Positions 58,767 through 64,000 of a stretch of DNA of 64,000 bases are shown piece after piece (within the stretch, counting starts at the first letter, position 1; each line of letters opens with the position of its first letter). The stretch comes from Spirochaetia bacterium (GTDB lineage: Bacteria; Spirochaetota; Spirochaetia; CAKZLE01): the NCBI GenBank assembly GCA_963677595.1, contig OY782041.1:1792001-1856000 (forward strand). Reading direction: 5' to 3'. Below the pieces are notes generated by a model, which saw nothing but the letters and a program-made list of their open reading frames with translations, was not told the DNA's origin and ran no database searches. The position numbers were made by a program, and so were the translations under genes.

Positions 58767-60077
58767 ATGAAGAAAGTTGGTGTTGTTCTATTAGTGACTG
58801 TCCTGTTGTTCGGGATGTCTGCAGCTTTGTTCGCGGGTGGTTCACAGGAAGAAACCGTAGAGAGTTATCCTTTGAAACTGACTGGCTGGAGTTATGAAGT
58901 AGACACGGTAAACAATAACCTTGAGTATTTCAGCGGACAGACTGGTATTGCGACTGAGGATTTCTATAACTATCCCAGTAATCAGTATCATGACAAACTG
59001 GTTACCAGCTTTGTGGCAGGTTCAGAGTTCGATGTGGTCTATGTGCGGGACTCATACCTGGCAGAATGGGCCAGTGCGGGTTGGATCGTCCCTATTGATT
59101 CGTTCCCTAGGATCGAAGATATAAAGAAGGATATCTCAAAAGGCGCCCTGGACCAGATGTCATATAAGGGTGAACTCTACGGACTGCCGTACTATGCCGG
59201 GCGCAGGATCATGGCTTATAATGAATCACACCTGAAGCAGGCAGGATTCTCTACACCGCCGAAAACCTGGGACGAACTCATCGAACAGGCTGAAGCGATC
59301 AAGGCCAAAGGGATAACGGAATATCCTATCATCCTGGATCTTAACAAGAGTGATAACATCCTCGAGTCATTCGAGCTTATGACCTTCGGGCATGGCGGAA
59401 GGTTGTTCGATGATAATAATGACCCATTATTCGATGGCGCTGATGACGGATTGAAGGTATCATTGGAGTTAGTCAAGCAGTATATCGGGGACCTGATCGA
59501 TCCCGCTTCGCTGGTTTCTACTGACCATGAGACTGTACGGGCCCTCAGTGCTGGAACAAGGACATTCACCTTTGTGTCCGACTATAATGTCAAGACGATG
59601 AATGATCCTGCAAGTTCTACCGTACCTGGTCAGATCAAGATGGCTCTCGTACCTGGTAATGGGACTCTTAAGAGCGGGAGTACCGGTCTGATCAGATTCT
59701 ATTCAATCACAAGTGATTGTAAAGACAAAGATTCTGCATATGAGCTGGTGAAATTCCTTGGCTACAAGGATAAGAACGGGGATTTCTATGTTGCAAAGAA
59801 ATGGGCCCTGGATTTTGGTCTCGGTTTTGTCCAGATCCCATTATTCAGCGATACGGATATCCAGGCAGAGATCGCAACCTGGGGAGACCCCAGTATCATG
59901 CAGGAGCAGGATGAGTATGTTGTTCCCAGATTCTATAGATTCACTCCCTGGTTCCAGGAATGGCAGACAGCTGCATGGGAAGACCTTCAGAAAGCCGTCA
60001 TGGGCGATGAGTCCATTGATTCTATTCTGGCAGGCATGGCAGATTCTGCTGCTGAGCTGAAAAAAGTATACGAATAA
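58767..60077 (+). CDS. Carbohydrate ABC transporter substrate-binding protein
   Basis: Signal peptide ending FAGGSQEE; YGLPYY, PPKTWDEL. Confidence 0.92.
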   Translation: MKKVGVVLLVTVLLFGMSAALFAGGSQEETVESYPLKLTGWSYEVDTVNNNLEYFSGQTGIATEDFYNYPSNQYHDKLVTSFVAGSEFDVVYVRDSYLAEWASAGWIVPIDSFPRIEDIKKDISKGALDQMSYKGELYGLPYYAGRRIMAYNESHLKQAGFSTPPKTWDELIEQAEAIKAKGITEYPIILDLNKSDNILESFELMTFGHGGRLFDDNNDPLFDGADDGLKVSLELVKQYIGDLIDPASLVSTDHETVRALSAGTRTFTFVSDYNVKTMNDPASSTVPGQIKMALVPGNGTLKSGSTGLIRFYSITSDCKDKDSAYELVKFLGYKDKNGDFYVAKKWALDFGLGFVQIPLFSDTDIQAEIATWGDPSIMQEQDEYVVPRFYRFTPWFQEWQTAAWEDLQKAVMGDESIDSILAGMADSAAELKKVYE

Positions 60078-60103
60078 TCAAAAGAAGAGGTTGATATACA
60101 ATC

Positions 60104-61000
60104 ATGGAAAAGAAAAGACTGACTTTGGAAACCAATGACGGTTTACTGGCCTTTGTACTGAATATACCGACATTGATATTTCTATTTTGCACGATGCTGT
60201 TCCCTATTGGCTATTCTCTGTATATCAGCCTCTTTGACCTTAACTACAAGCGTCCTTTCAGAAGGCCGTTTGTGGGACTGGGTAACTACGTTGACCTCCT
60301 GACTGATAATGATTTTCTCTCAACGCTTGGGCGGGCGGGGGTCTTCGTATTCATCTCTGTGGTACTGATCCTCTCACTTGGATTGCTCATAGCAAACCTG
60401 CTCAACCAGAGTTTCACGGGAAGAAGGCTGTTGAGGACGTTAGTCCTGATTCCCTGGGCGATTCCCCCGGTAGTGAATGGGATCATGTGGAAATATATCC
60501 TGGATGCAAGTTACGGTGCACTGAACAGTGTCCTGTTCAAGTTCGGTTTTATAGACAGTTATATATCCTTTCTCTCCGAACCTGGTACCGCATTTGCCTG
60601 GGTCGTATTTGCGAATGTATGGAAGAACCTGCCGTTCGCGACATTGCTTCTGCTGGCCGCACTCCAGACGATCCCTGGCGAACTGTATGAGTCCGCCCGG
60701 GTCGACGGGGCTTCGGTGGTGAGGCAATTCTTCTCGATAACCATACCGATGATCTCATCCGCGATCATGGTCGTGTTGATCTTCATGACGATGATAAGCC
60801 TGAGGGTCTTCGATGTCATCTATGTCATGACTTCAGGGGGGCCGGGCGATGCGACAACGGTTATTGGCTGGAACCTCTATAAAGAGTCGTTCCAGTTCCT
60901 GAATTTCGGTAAGGGAAGTGCGATCGGGTATATCATCACGATCATCACATTCTCCCTGGCAGCAGGCTACTATCGCTTATTCAAGAAAACGATCTATTAA
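60104..61000 (+). CDS. Carbohydrate ABC transporter permease
   Basis: IPGELYESARVDGAS EAA loop, MTSGGPG. Confidence 0.93.
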   Translation: MEKKRLTLETNDGLLAFVLNIPTLIFLFCTMLFPIGYSLYISLFDLNYKRPFRRPFVGLGNYVDLLTDNDFLSTLGRAGVFVFISVVLILSLGLLIANLLNQSFTGRRLLRTLVLIPWAIPPVVNGIMWKYILDASYGALNSVLFKFGFIDSYISFLSEPGTAFAWVVFANVWKNLPFATLLLLAALQTIPGELYESARVDGASVVRQFFSITIPMISSAIMVVLIFMTMISLRVFDVIYVMTSGGPGDATTVIGWNLYKESFQFLNFGKGSAIGYIITIITFSLAAGYYRLFKKTIY

Positions 61001-61012
61001 GGACACCGGATT

Positions 61013-61906
61013 ATGAAAGATTCAAAGAAGAAAATTCTTATGTATGTGTTTGCCGTCCTCATTGCCTTGTTCTTCATCTCTCCCGTGGCATGGCTGGTAT
61101 CAGCCAGTCTCCAGAAGGAGAGTGATCTACTGAGTGTTCCCTCAAACTTCATACCTCGTGAGGTTAACGTTGATTCGTACCTGAAACTGCTGGCGGCAGA
61201 TTATTATGAGACGACCAAGGCGGAAGATTCCGGTGTGCGTTCCTATTCTGTTCCTAACCAGGCAAAACTGTATCCTGGAGCGATCCTGAACAGTTTCATT
61301 GTGAGTGTCTCTACCACACTGCTCTGTCTGCTTATTGGGTCATTGACTGCTTATTCCATCACACGGCTTAAGTTCAAGGGGCGTAATGTCCTGTTCTTCG
61401 GTATCCTTGGGAGCAGGATGGTCCCTTCGCTTTCCCTGGTGATCCCCTTCTTCATCCTGGCGAACAAATTGGGTATGACTGACAGAAAAGTCTGGTTGAT
61501 CCTGGTATACACCAGCTTCACGCTTCCGTATGTGACGTGGATGCTGCGGGGGTTCTTCGACTCCCTCCCCAGGGATCTTGAAGAGGCAGCAAGGATCGAC
61601 GGCTGCTCACGGGTCGCGACGATCTTCCGGATCATCTATCCGATGATCATTCCCGGGCTGATCGCTGCAGGTATCTTTGCTTTCATGCAGACCTGGAACG
61701 AGTTCTTCTATGCCCTCATCATGACGAATTCAGAAAAGGCTTTTACCGTACCGGTAGTTTCAGGGATGTTCGCATCGGAACTCGATATCGATTACTCCCT
61801 CATGATCACGTCCGGCGTATTGACCATGGTACCCCCAATCCTGTTTACCTTCATCTTCCAGAAGTATATCATGTCAGGACTCACCGAAGGCGGCGTCAAA
61901 GGATAG
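61013..61906 (+). CDS. Carbohydrate ABC transporter permease
   Basis: LPRDLEEAARIDGCS, WNEFFYAL, GLTEGGVKG. Confidence 0.93.
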   Translation: MKDSKKKILMYVFAVLIALFFISPVAWLVSASLQKESDLLSVPSNFIPREVNVDSYLKLLAADYYETTKAEDSGVRSYSVPNQAKLYPGAILNSFIVSVSTTLLCLLIGSLTAYSITRLKFKGRNVLFFGILGSRMVPSLSLVIPFFILANKLGMTDRKVWLILVYTSFTLPYVTWMLRGFFDSLPRDLEEAARIDGCSRVATIFRIIYPMIIPGLIAAGIFAFMQTWNEFFYALIMTNSEKAFTVPVVSGMFASELDIDYSLMITSGVLTMVPPILFTFIFQKYIMSGLTEGGVKG

Positions 61907-61909
61907 GTT

Positions 61910-63052
61910 ATGGGTAAGAAGGTAGTAATACAACATATTGAGAGAGCACTTGAACTGCCAGTGCTGAATCCCGGAGACTCCCTGCTGATAGGGGAGGATG
62001 GGACCATTGAAGCTGTCGGTTCCATTGAAGTGCCCCCAGACTGCACCACCATCGATGCCCGGGGCATGACACTCTCCCCAGGCTGGGTTGATATGCATAC
62101 CCATGTATTCGACGGGATCTGTGACATCGCTGTCGAGGCAGACAGGATCGGTCCTCGTCAGGGTGTCACGACGCTGGTGGATGCCGGCTCTGCCGGTCAT
62201 ATAACGTATCCCGGTTTCAGGAAGTATGTGATCGATTCCCACCCCTATGAGATCTTCTCGTTCCTGAACCTTGGCTCAGCCGGGATCATCAGGACCAATG
62301 TCATCGGAGATTATGAGACCGATGACTTCATCCAGCCGGAAGAGACGATCAAGTGCATCAACGAAAACCGGGACTTCATCAAGGGTGTGAAAGTCAGGGC
62401 CTGCTGTGTTGTCCTGAAGGGAAGGGATGTTGAGGTTGTGGAGCAGGCATCCCAAGTCGCGGTCGAGACAGGGCTTCCTCTGATGGTCCATGTCGGCGAG
62501 CCGAGACCGTACCTGAGTGATATCTTGAATGTGCTGCGTGAGGGTGATATCGTCACGCACTGTTTTCACGGCAAACCCGGCGGCCTGTTTAGTATGGATG
62601 ACCGGATGATGGAGGAAGCTCTTGCTGCACGGGAGAAAGGCGTCCTCTTCGATATCGGGCATGGCGGAGCCAGTTTCAGCTTCGATGTCGGGAAAAGAGC
62701 ACTCTCCATAGGATTCAAGCCCGATCTGATCAGTACCGATCTGCACCTTCACAACATCAATGGGCCGGTATTCAGCCAGGCGTTGACTATGTCGAAGATG
62801 CTTGCATTGGGTCTCCCTGAGGAAGAGATCATTCAGAAAGTAACGACAAAGCCTGCTGAGATCTTGAAGATCGAGGACCTGAAGCGGGATCCCATTGGCA
62901 AGAAGGCCCGATTCACCCTGTATTCCATACAGAGTAAACCAGTTGAGGTCTTCGATTCATCCGGGACCAAGATCAGTATAGAGAGGCAGTTCACACCGAA
63001 ATACACCGTTATTGGCACGCAAGATACCGCCTGCGGGAATGTGCTGATCTGA
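61910..63052 (+). CDS. Amidohydrolase/deacetylase (EF_0837 type)
   Basis: PGWVDMHTH, GVTTLVDAGSAG, GVKVRA, MVHVG, THCFHGK, DIGHGGASF, ISTDLH. Confidence 0.88.
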   Translation: MGKKVVIQHIERALELPVLNPGDSLLIGEDGTIEAVGSIEVPPDCTTIDARGMTLSPGWVDMHTHVFDGICDIAVEADRIGPRQGVTTLVDAGSAGHITYPGFRKYVIDSHPYEIFSFLNLGSAGIIRTNVIGDYETDDFIQPEETIKCINENRDFIKGVKVRACCVVLKGRDVEVVEQASQVAVETGLPLMVHVGEPRPYLSDILNVLREGDIVTHCFHGKPGGLFSMDDRMMEEALAAREKGVLFDIGHGGASFSFDVGKRALSIGFKPDLISTDLHLHNINGPVFSQALTMSKMLALGLPEEEIIQKVTTKPAEILKIEDLKRDPIGKKARFTLYSIQSKPVEVFDSSGTKISIERQFTPKYTVIGTQDTACGNVLI

Positions 63053-63072
63053 GAGGACAACCGCCGATGTAC

Positions 63073-64000
63073 TTAGAGGCGAGGTTTTTCCGATACGAGA
63101 CATTCCCTCAGGTATGACTGCAGGTTTGCATCGTGGCAGTAGATATAACAGCCCTTCATTGCCCTGGTCATCAGCACTTTATAGATGTTCTTCACGAGCT
63201 GGGTCAGCTCTTCAGGGCTGCCTTTGAGCCCCTTCTTCCCTGCGGTATCCTTGTAATCAGCCCATGAGGCAAAGAGCTTCATGGCTTTTGGATCGTACTG
63301 CAGGTCCTTCCCGATGAGGATGCCGATATAATCGAACTCCAAGCCCTGGGATGTATGGATACACCCGATCTGGTCAAGCCCGGAAGGGTCGATTGCCCAG
63401 GTTGTCCTGGAGTTCCGAGAGTTCCACGGCATCGAGAAGTCATGTTCTGCTATGACCACATCTTCGACTTCCCCTCCTGGATTCCCGTTCTTTGCGCTCG
63501 TCCATTTCCATGCATAGCCTGCAAGCATCCGGGCCTGGAGCCCTTCTTCTTCGTGGTTCTGTATCTTCCTGTAGACATCATGGGGAGAATCGCACAGTTC
63601 TACGGTGAACACACCGGGGTCCCAGGAGTCAAAGTTAGCCGTATCCTTGATCTGCAGGCTATGCTCAACCCAGTTGATATAACCCTGCATCCCGGAACAC
63701 CTGAACTGGATATCGAGGGTATGCTCGGATACAGCAGCCCCGAATCTTTTGGCTGCCTTCCTGATATTCCTGACATTCCCGATATCCTCCGGTCGTACCA
63801 GCTGGGTGTCATCGACGAAGAAGATGCTGTATCTGGACGCATTGATGATATCCTCTATCTGGTTCTCCCCGTAGTATTGGTAGGCTTTCCCGTTCTTGAG
63901 CCGGTGTGCCTCATCGACGATGATGACATCATACAGGTCTGCTGCAAGTCCATGGAATGAGGCAGAGCCGGAGATGATGGAACTCAAGACCATACGGTCA
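63073..64000 (-). CDS. DUF2075 / Schlafen group 3-like DNA/RNA helicase domain protein, 5' part outside the window
   Basis: VDEAHRL, QFRCSG, AGYAWKW, GCIHTSQGLEFDYIG, NIYKVLMTRAMKGCYIY; frame is open to the window edge. Confidence 0.85.
   Translation of the reverse strand, partial: DRMVLSSIISGSASFHGLAADLYDVIIVDEAHRLKNGKAYQYYGENQIEDIINASRYSIFFVDDTQLVRPEDIGNVRNIRKAAKRFGAAVSEHTLDIQFRCSGMQGYINWVEHSLQIKDTANFDSWDPGVFTVELCDSPHDVYRKIQNHEEEGLQARMLAGYAWKWTSAKNGNPGGEVEDVVIAEHDFSMPWNSRNSRTTWAIDPSGLDQIGCIHTSQGLEFDYIGILIGKDLQYDPKAMKLFASWADYKDTAGKKGLKGSPEELTQLVKNIYKVLMTRAMKGCYIYCHDANLQSYLRECLVSEKPRL

Noticed and set aside
1-64000. CRISPR arrays, tRNA/rRNA genes, transposases or integrases
   Set aside because: No regularly spaced repeats, RNA-gene signatures or recombinase motifs seen by eye; a covariance-model scan would be needed to exclude small RNAs

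Overview
Bacterial chromosomal window, probably from an anaerobic spirochaete (Sphaerochaeta-like; inferred only from the AQGQ/AQGGQE/AGGSQE N-termini of the solute-binding proteins). It is almost entirely catabolic and transport operons with their local regulators: a TctCBA transporter with an amidohydrolase, a PrpR-like sigma54 activator and a B3-type metallo-hydrolase behind a sigma54 promoter; LysR-aconitase-monomeric IDH-citDEFC; a Pif1-like helicase with an apparently frameshifted membrane anchor; a LacI/ABC/DUF4434/AGE-epimerase cluster; an IolN-like hydrolase/enolase/SDR/ABC cluster; TetR-DUF4386 genes; a multi-PAS hybrid kinase with an HD-GYP regulator; a decayed HTH antitoxin; a 10-gene LacI-controlled operon; an AT-richer GntR/SelA-like/RidA/ABC/amidohydrolase island; and a partial DUF2075 helicase. 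The 10-gene operon (44.5-56.2 kb) is the best candidate for an undescribed system. It combines an IolD-like ThDP enzyme, a split transketolase, an RpiB-family isomerase, a SauS-like acylating aldehyde dehydrogenase and a lone carboxyltransferase, and has no kinase or aldolase. I saw no rRNA, tRNA, CRISPR array or intact mobile element. All family calls come from motif recognition by eye, with no database search.
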